Part shown: positions 8,770-16,120 of the stretch, one piece after another | Layout: every line of letters begins with the position of its first letter | Position numbering within the stretch: the stretch's first letter is position 1 | NCBI RefSeq assembly: GCF_000009045.1 | Contig: NC_000964.3 | Span: 1,530,001-1,562,000 of the forward strand | Length of the DNA stretch: 32,000 bases | Reading direction: 5' to 3' | Source of the DNA: Bacillus subtilis subsp. subtilis str. 168 | GTDB lineage: Bacteria > Bacillota > Bacilli > Bacillales > Bacillaceae | Position numbers and translations under genes: made by a program | The notes under the pieces: model-generated | What the model saw: the letters and a program-made list of their open reading frames with translations, nothing else | The model's database searches: none | What the model was told of the DNA's origin: nothing

Positions 8770-9684
8770 TTATTTTTTTACCGCATGAATATAATGAATC
8801 GTTTCAAACGCTGACAAATTGTCTTTTCGATTACTAAAGAAAAGGTCATTGATGTCGTCTGGTGATAGATGTTCATAGATCAGTAAACCAGATGACTCTA
8901 ACAGATGTTCAATCTCTTGATAAGTGAAACATGATTTCATCGGTTCCCCGCTTGCGGCAGCCATCTTCACCATATGTTCAACTCGATTCGACGTCCCTTT
9001 TGCTGTAAAAAGTGTTTCGTCCGCATAATCAAAAACAATAGAGCTTCCAGGCGGGACATGAGAAAATAAATTGCTGATCAAGCTTGCATTTTCTTCCCGT
9101 GTTACATAATAAGACACTCCGAGAAGGCTGAAGAATGTTTTTGTGTTTTTAAATCCTTCATCTAAGAGAGGATCATACGAAAACGTTTTGGTGAAATCCA
9201 TAGGAACAAAATGAAGATGACCCGGAATTGTCAGATTTGCATCCTTCAGCTTATTTTTTTTCAATTGCTGTGTGGCCGGATGATCAACCTCGAAAACCTG
9301 TAAGCTGTTTTCTAATTCTGGATGCCGAAAGCAGAAAGTATCCAGTCCCGCTCCAAGAATGACATACTGTTTTGCCCCCAGGATTAATTCGTTGTGCAAG
9401 ACTTTTTCACAATAAGAAGCACGTGCTAGGGGCGTTGGAGACAGCTGGATTTGTGCAACCCATTTTAATATTTTTTCAGGATCATTTTGAAGACGTTCGG
9501 CGATCTCTTTGTTGAAAAACGATATTTCTTGAATCATATTTTTACTGATGTCGATAAACTCTTTTTCGTTAATGAGATCTTTTGCGATAAAATCATCAAA
9601 AATAAGAGGTGTGTCATATCGGCTGTGATATGCACGGGCAAAAGCTGAAATTAGAGACGTTAAGCTGGACTCATTTTTCCTCAT
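8770..9684 (-). CDS. yktD: Putative SAM-dependent (leucine carboxyl / TcmP-like) methyltransferase, 304 aa
   Basis: ATG at 9684 lies 7 nt after GGAGG; the ORF-track start at 9741 has no SD. The SAM-binding glycine loop VILGAGLDT is present. Confidence 0.88.
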   Translation of the reverse strand: MRKNESSLTSLISAFARAYHSRYDTPLIFDDFIAKDLINEKEFIDISKNMIQEISFFNKEIAERLQNDPEKILKWVAQIQLSPTPLARASYCEKVLHNELILGAKQYVILGAGLDTFCFRHPELENSLQVFEVDHPATQQLKKNKLKDANLTIPGHLHFVPMDFTKTFSYDPLLDEGFKNTKTFFSLLGVSYYVTREENASLISNLFSHVPPGSSIVFDYADETLFTAKGTSNRVEHMVKMAAASGEPMKSCFTYQEIEHLLESSGLLIYEHLSPDDINDLFFSNRKDNLSAFETIHYIHAVKK

Positions 9685-10000
9685 GAAATGATCCTCCACA
9701 AAAAATAAGATTCCCCTGGCCAGGAGAATCTTATTATACATACAAATATATTAATAGTAAATTTTAGCATAAATAAATTTTTTTGTCAATGTTTTTGCTC
9801 TTAACTGGACGCGCGATCCTTCACATAGCCACGTGACCTGTAGCAGAATTCGTCTATCAATTATGTGGACTGAATCATTAGCTTTTATAAAATGCGCACT
9901 TGCGGCTGCATCCCTCTTTATGCAAATCAGGAGCGGTTTTCTGTCTCATGGCAGCATCTTTTCGTCGTTTCAGCTGAGAGAGAAATCAAGATATGTAACA

Positions 10001-10030
10001 ATAAAAGCCTGAGGGATCTCAGGCTTTTCC
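10001..10030 (-). terminator. Intrinsic terminator of nprE
   Basis: The stem AAAGCCTGAG-ggat-CTCAGGCTTT lies 6 nt beyond the nprE stop, with a T-run on the minus strand. Confidence 0.85.
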
Positions 10031-10035
10031 TAATA

Positions 10036-11601
10036 TTACAATCCAACAGCATTCCAGGCTGCTTCAACTTTAGCGGCATCAGTTGAGCCGTAGAGGTCAC
10101 GGGCAGACTGAATGAGAGCTGCCTTGGCATCTTTGAACGTGGAAGAAGGCGTGAGGTACGTTGTTAACGCACGGTAATAGATTTGCTGTGATTTAGATAC
10201 ACCAAGTTTTGTGATGGTGTTGTAAGCGGCTTTGTTTGGAATTCCGCTGTTTGTGTGTACACCGCCATAATCGCCTTCATCTGTGTTTGGAAGGTTTCGG
10301 TAATTGGCGTAATTGTCAGGCTGGTTGTATTTTGTAGGGTTGGACAGGCTGCGAAGAGCAGGCTGGCTGACCGTAATGTCTTCACCGATGTCCCAGTCTT
10401 CTGTATCGTTAAAATACCCGAATACGTCAGAGAAAGACTCGTTTAATGCACCTGGCTGATTTTCATAAATCAAGTTGGCTGTTTCTTGGGTGACGCCATG
10501 TGTCATTTCATGCGCTGTCACATCTAATGAGCCGGAAAGCGGAGAGAAGAATGAACCGTCGCCATCACCGTAAATCATCTGGTCTCCTGTCCATGCAGCG
10601 TTATTGTATTGAGTGCCGTAGTGAACGGAAGAAACGATTTTACTGCCTTTGTTATCATAGCTGTTTCGTTTAAAGTTTGAATAAAAATAATCGTACACTT
10701 TACCGAGGTTATAGTGTGCGTCAACGGCTGCCCGCTGTGATGAAGATGTAAATGTTTTCGTTGTGCTTGAGACAAGCGTGCCCGGAAGGCGGCTTTGTCT
10801 GTTTTGCAAATCATATGTGATGATTTGGGTGCCTGTTGGTTTTGAAAGATCTCTTAGAACATATTTTCCGCCTTCATAAGAGATGTTCAAAGGAACAGTT
10901 GCGCCCTTTAGCGTTGTTCCGCTTCCAGTGGCGGCGGCATGTTCTACTTTATTTTGCTGTTTTAAAATGCTGCCTGTTTCGGCGTCAACTAAGACTTCCC
11001 AGTTTGCAGGTTCAGGCTCGACATAGCGAATCGTCACGTCGTAAGCAAGACGATAGCTGCCGTCTTTTGTTTCTATCGCTTTTAATTCGGCTTTATTGCT
11101 GTTTTTGGCCGCTCCGTTAGAAACAGCGTCTGGTGATTTGCCGATAGCTTTGAAAGCGAGTGCCAGCGCTTTTTCAGAAGAGACTTTTTGGCTGTTATCT
11201 GTTTTTGCAGCAGATTGATTGTGTAATTCACCATTGACCGCATAGACATTATCGGATTTATCGACGTGAACGATCACTTGCGAATCTTTAATTGGCACTC
11301 CGTTAACGACAGGCGCATATCGAAAGTGCTTGTATCCAAGGGCATCAGTCGTGCTTTCAACAAGCTTCAGCCTTTTGGAAGGGTCACCTTTAAAAATGTT
11401 GCTGTTCTTTTTCAAAAACTGCTTGACAGCCTTGTCATTTGGTGCAGAGAGTTCTGATTGCGCAATCGCGTTTTTGGAGAGGAAATTTGTTTGATTCTCT
11501 TTAAGCTGATGACCTTCAGCAGCCTGAACACCTGGCAGGCTGATTGATAAACTCATAAACGAAGCAGCGACAGCAACAGACAATTTCTTACCTAAACCCA
11601 C
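10036..11601 (-). CDS. nprE: Extracellular neutral metalloprotease (bacillolysin, M4 family) preproenzyme, 521 aa
   Basis: GTG at 11601 follows AAGGGGGA. The protein has a signal peptide (MSLSISLPGVQA-AEG) and a long propeptide. It also has the zinc site HEMTH plus GALNESFSD. Confidence 0.96.
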   Translation of the reverse strand: MGLGKKLSVAVAASFMSLSISLPGVQAAEGHQLKENQTNFLSKNAIAQSELSAPNDKAVKQFLKKNSNIFKGDPSKRLKLVESTTDALGYKHFRYAPVVNGVPIKDSQVIVHVDKSDNVYAVNGELHNQSAAKTDNSQKVSSEKALALAFKAIGKSPDAVSNGAAKNSNKAELKAIETKDGSYRLAYDVTIRYVEPEPANWEVLVDAETGSILKQQNKVEHAAATGSGTTLKGATVPLNISYEGGKYVLRDLSKPTGTQIITYDLQNRQSRLPGTLVSSTTKTFTSSSQRAAVDAHYNLGKVYDYFYSNFKRNSYDNKGSKIVSSVHYGTQYNNAAWTGDQMIYGDGDGSFFSPLSGSLDVTAHEMTHGVTQETANLIYENQPGALNESFSDVFGYFNDTEDWDIGEDITVSQPALRSLSNPTKYNQPDNYANYRNLPNTDEGDYGGVHTNSGIPNKAAYNTITKLGVSKSQQIYYRALTTYLTPSSTFKDAKAALIQSARDLYGSTDAAKVEAAWNAVGL

Positions 11602-11826
11602 AATAAATCCCCCTTTTTGAAAATACTGAAAACTTTATATTGTTATATTAAACTAGCATTCTGGAATACTCAACAAAAACTAACATAACTAGACAAAATT
11701 GATAGTATTGTCCTGTGTTTGTTTTTGTTGAATAATATCAAGATGAGTCAAGTGTCATGTGGTGGTTCATTCAAGAGTTATGTTTTTTACATATCAAGGG
11801 GAAGATGAGATATTTTTGTTTCATCT

Positions 11827-11855
11827 TGAAACTTTTTGAAAAGTCCGCTGTCTAA
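11827..11855 (+). promoter_or_regulatory. Candidate ECF-sigma-type (autoregulated sigma-YlaC) promoter of ylaABCD
   Basis: TGAAAC (11827-11832) is followed by a 17-nt spacer and GTCTAA (11850-11855). This resembles the AAC / CGT-type architecture of Bacillus ECF promoters. It lies about 30 nt upstream of the ylaA start. The -10 is not a perfect CGTC. Confidence 0.4.
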
Positions 11856-11885
11856 CCGAATGAGGCCTTAATAAGAAGTAAAGGA

Positions 11886-13826
11886 TTGTTGTTCGTGTTG
11901 GAGTTATTCAGTCATTATGTATTGCATTTCGAACGTTATTTTATATTAAGCAGACAAAGCACCCTGCTGATTCAATGGTCAATTGTTGTTCTGGCGGGCT
12001 TATATCTTTTGGTGCATCATCCCAAAATAAACCGGCAGCGCACAATGTTCTTGGCGGGTGTTATATTGCGGATTGTGCTGCTGGCGGGAGTGTCTGTTGA
12101 ACTTATTCACCAGGTGCAATCAACAAACTTCACCAGCGCTTACTTAAGAGAGGACGGAAAAGAACTGCTGCCGCTGCTGCATTTTTTGTTATACGGATAT
12201 GTGCTGCTGACGGCTTTTCACTATATGCTGATGCCGCGTGATCATGGCGGAAAGGGTAAGTTTTATACGTTCGACCTTGCTGTTGTCAGTTTGCCGATCG
12301 TACAAATGATTTTTAGTTTCTTTTCGTATTGGAAGGAATACCCGGATGGGATGGAGCCGATTGCATTCGTGTTTCTGTTTTTCATCATCACTCTTCCCAT
12401 TGCGTTGAATGTAGTGTTTTTCAAGCTGTATTGGAGAACGGATAAGATCTTACTAGGCTTATTTTATACGCTGATTATCGGACTGCTTGTCTTGCTGCTT
12501 GCGCCATATCCCAATCAAATCTCAAAAGATTATGGTGCAGTAATGCCATATACGATTTATTTGGCAATGGCGGGATTTTTGATGAGCTATCATCTGTTCC
12601 AAAAGTCAGGAAAGGTTTATGTGCGTGTGAATAAGTGGGTGACGATGGCTGTCATGGTGTTTTTTGTCCTGCTGTTAAATCCGATATATAACATAGGAAC
12701 GGCTGCTTTCGCTGTATCAAAGCCAGCAAATGTCCATGATTCATTCAATTTTGTCGGGGAGCACATTTCATCAGAAAAAGCGGAACAGATACTAAAGTCA
12801 TTTTTTCCTACGGATGAAACACTTTATTTGCACGATACAAACATGGATGTGCATTATTTCTACTCATTTGAAAGCAAAGGTTACAAAGCTGAGGTAGATG
12901 AAGTATCGCAGCTAATTCGTAATTATGAATACTTACAAAAAGCACATGGGAAAAAGCTAACGAATCAGGAGTACAAGCGAAAGTCCATCGCTTTCCTTGA
13001 GCGACACGGACGTGTGTTACATAAGGATCATATCGAAACAAAGGTATCTCAAGAAGACGGCCAGACAGTCGTACGTATTTACCTGAAAAATCAACTTCAT
13101 AAAAAAGATCATGCTGATGATGGCGCGGTATTTTATTGGGAAAAGGAAACCTTAATGGGGTTTAGTGAAGATCCTTCGATTTATCAGCTTGACTCTCTTC
13201 TGCATGTTCATATAACGGAACAAGACATTCACGACAAAGTGGAACAAATGTTTACAGCGCTGAACATATCAAAACAGCCTTATCAGATCACTGATATTGA
13301 AAGCGACAGCCTGCTTGGAAGCATGGTGAGAGTTGAAACAAAAGTTGGAATTGTTTTGGAATTTGAGGGCGAATCAGGTTGTTTACATAGTCTTTCGCTT
13401 CCGATGAAAAAGAATATCTCAATGGCTAACAGCCGGCTGCAGCATCAGATATTATCGATCTTCGATGCTCGTGGATCAGAAAAGAAGAAAAAAAGCAGTC
13501 AGGGTGACATGGTGATGTATACTGATTCTTCTAAAACATATGAGTTTGTTGAAGCTCAAGGTCAGCTAAACGTTTATGTATACAGCGATACACCTGATCA
13601 GTCATTCCCCTATACGTATCGTAATGGAACATTGGCTTACGAAAAAGTAGCTTCTCTATATCAGGATGTCATTTACAAAAAGCGTATGCGTCCGATTATC
13701 GTTCAAAGAGGGGATGAACGGCATTATGCATGGCTGATCATTATTCAGCCGTTTGGTTCAAATCGCCATGATGCCTATGTAGTGGATGGAGAAACACAAG
13801 AGGTGAAAAGTCTTTATGAATCATAA
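11886..13826 (+). CDS. ylaA: Polytopic membrane protein with a large C-terminal soluble domain, 646 aa, first gene of the ECF sigma operon
   Basis: TTG at 11886 follows AAGGA; GTG at 11895 is an alternative start. About 8-9 hydrophobic segments fall in the first 280 aa or so, followed by a hydrophilic domain of about 360 aa. No motif is recognised. Confidence 0.85.
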   Translation: MLFVLELFSHYVLHFERYFILSRQSTLLIQWSIVVLAGLYLLVHHPKINRQRTMFLAGVILRIVLLAGVSVELIHQVQSTNFTSAYLREDGKELLPLLHFLLYGYVLLTAFHYMLMPRDHGGKGKFYTFDLAVVSLPIVQMIFSFFSYWKEYPDGMEPIAFVFLFFIITLPIALNVVFFKLYWRTDKILLGLFYTLIIGLLVLLLAPYPNQISKDYGAVMPYTIYLAMAGFLMSYHLFQKSGKVYVRVNKWVTMAVMVFFVLLLNPIYNIGTAAFAVSKPANVHDSFNFVGEHISSEKAEQILKSFFPTDETLYLHDTNMDVHYFYSFESKGYKAEVDEVSQLIRNYEYLQKAHGKKLTNQEYKRKSIAFLERHGRVLHKDHIETKVSQEDGQTVVRIYLKNQLHKKDHADDGAVFYWEKETLMGFSEDPSIYQLDSLLHVHITEQDIHDKVEQMFTALNISKQPYQITDIESDSLLGSMVRVETKVGIVLEFEGESGCLHSLSLPMKKNISMANSRLQHQILSIFDARGSEKKKKSSQGDMVMYTDSSKTYEFVEAQGQLNVYVYSDTPDQSFPYTYRNGTLAYEKVASLYQDVIYKKRMRPIIVQRGDERHYAWLIIIQPFGSNRHDAYVVDGETQEVKSLYES

Positions 13827-14085
13827 AGAAAAAGAGTCTGTTTTTGTAGACTTATACGACCTGTATAAAGAAGGAGAGCTAGAGGATGAATCAATGGAAT
13901 GGATGAAACAGCATGAATCCCTATTTCAAAAGAATGCGGAAGACTTAAAGAGTAAAACTTGTTTAAAGAGAAGTCCCGGTGCTGAAGAAGAAAGCCAAAT
14001 CAGATATATGAAAGTATACCTGTCTTCCATGTATATCTGTTTCATTTTATTGGCCATTTGGATGACGGTGTGGTTTTATTTTTAA
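13816..14085 (+). CDS. ylaB: Single-pass membrane protein, 89 aa, with an N-terminal region resembling a cysteine-less anti-sigma (ZAS-like) domain
   Basis: ATG at 13816 lies 9 nt after AGGTGA and overlaps the end of ylaA by 11 nt. The C-terminal TM segment is VYLSSMYICFILLAIWMTVWFYF. Confidence 0.85.
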   Translation: MNHKEKESVFVDLYDLYKEGELEDESMEWMKQHESLFQKNAEDLKSKTCLKRSPGAEEESQIRYMKVYLSSMYICFILLAIWMTVWFYF

Positions 14086-14606
14086 TGAAGCATAGGGATT
14101 CCATTGAGGACTTGTATCGGCAGTATTATCAAGAAATTTTAAATTATTTATTCAGAAGGACTCATCATCTTGAAACAGCCAAGGACTTAGCGCAGGACAC
14201 GTTTGTAAAAGCTCTTAACGGTCTGGCTTCGTTTAGGGGGCATTCTTCCATCAGAACATGGCTCTACACCATTGCGCATCATACCTTTATCAATTGGTAC
14301 CGAAGGGATGTCAAATACCAATTTACTGAAATCAGCAAAAATGAAGGGTTAACGCAAACAACTTATGACCAGCCTGAACAGTATCTGTCACGGACGGTGA
14401 AAAGCGAAACACTGCGGCAGGAGCTCCTGAAGTTAAAAGATCAGCATCAATCCGTTTTGATTTTAAGAGAATTCCAAGAGCTTTCTTATGAAGAAATCGC
14501 TGAGATATTAGGATGGAGTCTTTCTAAGGTGAATACCACATTGCACCGGGCTAGATTAGAGCTAAAGAAAAACATGACGAAAAGTAGAGAGGAGGAGCGG
14601 ATATGA
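14085..14606 (+). CDS. ylaC: ECF-type RNA polymerase sigma factor, 173 aa
   Basis: The ATG shares one nucleotide with the ylaB stop (TAATG) and has no good SD. The protein has a sigma-70 region 2 (DLAQDTFVKALNGLASF..WLYTIAHHTFINWYRR) and a region 4 helix-turn-helix (LSYEEIAEILGWSLSKVNTTLHRAR). Confidence 0.93.
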   Translation: MKHRDSIEDLYRQYYQEILNYLFRRTHHLETAKDLAQDTFVKALNGLASFRGHSSIRTWLYTIAHHTFINWYRRDVKYQFTEISKNEGLTQTTYDQPEQYLSRTVKSETLRQELLKLKDQHQSVLILREFQELSYEEIAEILGWSLSKVNTTLHRARLELKKNMTKSREEERI

Positions 14607-14896
14607 CCTGCTTTCTAGTAAGAGACCTGCTTCCTCTGTATCTTGAAGGTGATTGTAAAAGAGAAACGGAACACGTTATAGAAGAGCATTTAAAAATGTG
14701 CAGCAGCTGCAGAGACATGTATGACACGATGGCTGAGCCATTTGAATTGGAAAGCGAACAGGCCGTTGAGGAGGCTTATCTGCCGGAAGAAGAACTGCGT
14801 TTTAAACAGAGGTACTATGGATTACTGATCATGAAAGCTGCCTGCTGGTTTGGAGCGGCGGTTGCCATGATGCTGATCATCAAACTGCTGATATAA
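14603..14896 (+). CDS. ylaD: Zinc-binding anti-sigma factor (ZAS family), single-pass membrane protein, 97 aa
   Basis: The start overlaps the ylaC stop as ATGA, and GGAGGAG lies upstream. The motif is C3 ... H29-x3-C33-x2-C36, with the same C-to-H spacing of 26 that I recall for RsrA. The C-terminal TM segment LLIMKAACWFGAAVAMMLII ends 5 residues from the C-terminus. Confidence 0.92.
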   Translation: MTCFLVRDLLPLYLEGDCKRETEHVIEEHLKMCSSCRDMYDTMAEPFELESEQAVEEAYLPEEELRFKQRYYGLLIMKAACWFGAAVAMMLIIKLLI

Positions 14897-14932
14897 AAAA
14901 AGCGCTTGTCCGATTCCGGCAAGCGCTTTTTT
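14895..14932. terminator. Bidirectional intrinsic terminator shared by ylaD (+) and ylaE (-)
   Basis: The sequence is AAAAAAAGCGCTTG-tccgattccgg-CAAGCGCTTTTTT. Confidence 0.88.
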
Positions 14933-14935
14933 ACA

Positions 14936-15547
14936 TTAAGCCTGGGGATGAATCATATCGTAAATAGCGGCAAGCTGTTCTTGTGACAGGGCACTGAAGA
15001 GTTTTTCATAAACGTCAGCTTGCAGTGGCGTTGCACCTGCTTGTAGCGCTGCGTCTTTATCATAGCTGTACACATCATCTTGTAGCACAATGGCTGCTTG
15101 AAGAATGTGAATCTTGAGAGAAACAGCGGAGAAAAATTGTTCAAGTGCAAGTGCTTCTTTTTCTGTGAAGCCAAGTTCAACTGCTTTTTCTGTATCAAAT
15201 TTGTAATTTCCATCCTCGAGATACACACATTGTGAAACAATGCTGAAAAATTCTGATGTCGATTCCCAGAGTGTAGCAATTACCTGAGCCTCTTCTTTTG
15301 TCATTCCTAACTCGACAGCTTTTTCGCTGTCAAAATAATATACACCGTCTTGTTCGTATATACATTGATTTAATATATCAATGAATGTATTGAGATCTTC
15401 GTTAGTGCTCGCCTGATGCTGGAGTTGAACAGCAGTGTTATCAACCGGTGTTTTTGCGCTGGCTGCATCAGGACCGAACGTTAATAGAGCAGCTGAGGTC
15501 ATTGCGGCAGTCGTTAACATAGCTTTTTTTACAAATGTTTTCTTCAT
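14936..15547 (-). CDS. ylaE: Secreted protein of unknown function with three tandem 45-aa repeats, 203 aa
   Basis: The signal peptide MKKTFVKKAMLTTAAMTSAALLTFGPDAASA-KT has an AXA cleavage site. AAGGGAGAG lies upstream of the ATG at 15547. Confidence 0.88.
   Translation of the reverse strand: MKKTFVKKAMLTTAAMTSAALLTFGPDAASAKTPVDNTAVQLQHQASTNEDLNTFIDILNQCIYEQDGVYYFDSEKAVELGMTKEEAQVIATLWESTSEFFSIVSQCVYLEDGNYKFDTEKAVELGFTEKEALALEQFFSAVSLKIHILQAAIVLQDDVYSYDKDAALQAGATPLQADVYEKLFSALSQEQLAAIYDMIHPQA
14996..15400 (-). repeat. Three tandem 45-residue (135-nt) protein repeats within ylaE, plus a partial fourth
   Basis: Repeats cover aa 50-94, 95-139 and 140-184, with the conserved pattern (I/V)xQCxYxxDGxYxFDxEKAVELGxTxxEA. 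Reference positions C62, C107 and A152 are exactly 45 residues apart. Confidence 0.8.
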
Positions 15548-15759
15548 GTTTCTTCTCTCCCTTTTATGAATTGTGCTACAAATTCCATTATAGGGAGTAG
15601 TTTCCGGTGGAGGAATAGGCGCTATGGTATTTTATGTGTATCGTTGCCGAACTACTTTTTGAAGGCTGCACGTGTGATCGTTAGAACGATTGTCTATGTA
15701 TGAAGGCTGTTTTGCATCTTCCTGACTAAGAAACAGGGGAGATAAGGCTTAAAGAAATG

Positions 15760-15789
15760 AAAAACACCGCTTTCTTTGCGGTGTTTTTT
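15760..15789. terminator. Symmetric intrinsic terminator downstream of ylaF (also competent on the + strand)
   Basis: The sequence is AAAAACACCGC-tttcttt-GCGGTGTTTTTT, with A5 on one side and T6 on the other. Confidence 0.8.
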
Positions 15790-15819
15790 GATTACAATGT
15801 CGCCGGCGGGGCAATGCTT

Positions 15820-16008
15820 TTAATCAAGCAAGCCTTGTTCGCGCATTTTCTTTTTTAATGTAAATCCGCCGCCCATGACAGCGCAAACAAGTACAATGCT
15901 GGCGATAATGCCTGCAGGGCTTTTTTCAGCGATAAAGACGCCGATCAGCATAATGCTGAAAACCGCTGCAAATGCAAATAATAGTAAAAGCCAATTCATT
16001 TTTTTCAT
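15820..16008 (-). CDS. ylaF: Small two-TM membrane protein, 62 aa
   Basis: ATG at 16008 lies 8 nt after AAAGGGGA; the ATG at 16017 abuts the SD. The protein is hydrophobic (MKKMNWLLLLFAFAAVFSIMLIGVFIAE...IIASIVLVCAVMGGGF). Confidence 0.82.
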   Translation of the reverse strand: MKKMNWLLLLFAFAAVFSIMLIGVFIAEKSPAGIIASIVLVCAVMGGGFTLKKKMREQGLLD

Positions 16009-16076
16009 AAATTCCATCCCCTTTTACGTCTTATATTAAGTTTACAGAAAAACGTGACGCTTTTAAAGAGGATGTG

Positions 16077-16085
16077 TGATATAAT
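16077..16085 (+). promoter_or_regulatory. Candidate extended -10 promoter element upstream of typA
   Basis: TGaTATAAT at 16077-16085 lies 36 nt upstream of the GTG start. No good -35 is found at 17-nt spacing. Confidence 0.4.
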
Positions 16086-16120
16086 ATGAAAGTTATCTAA
16101 TTTTTTTAGGAGATGAAAAA

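Noticed and set aside
9892-10130. Two overlapping 64- and 67-aa ORFs on opposite strands in the yktD-nprE spacer.
   Set aside because: They run through the nprE terminator hairpin and into the nprE 3' end. Neither has an SD, and the two are mutually exclusive.
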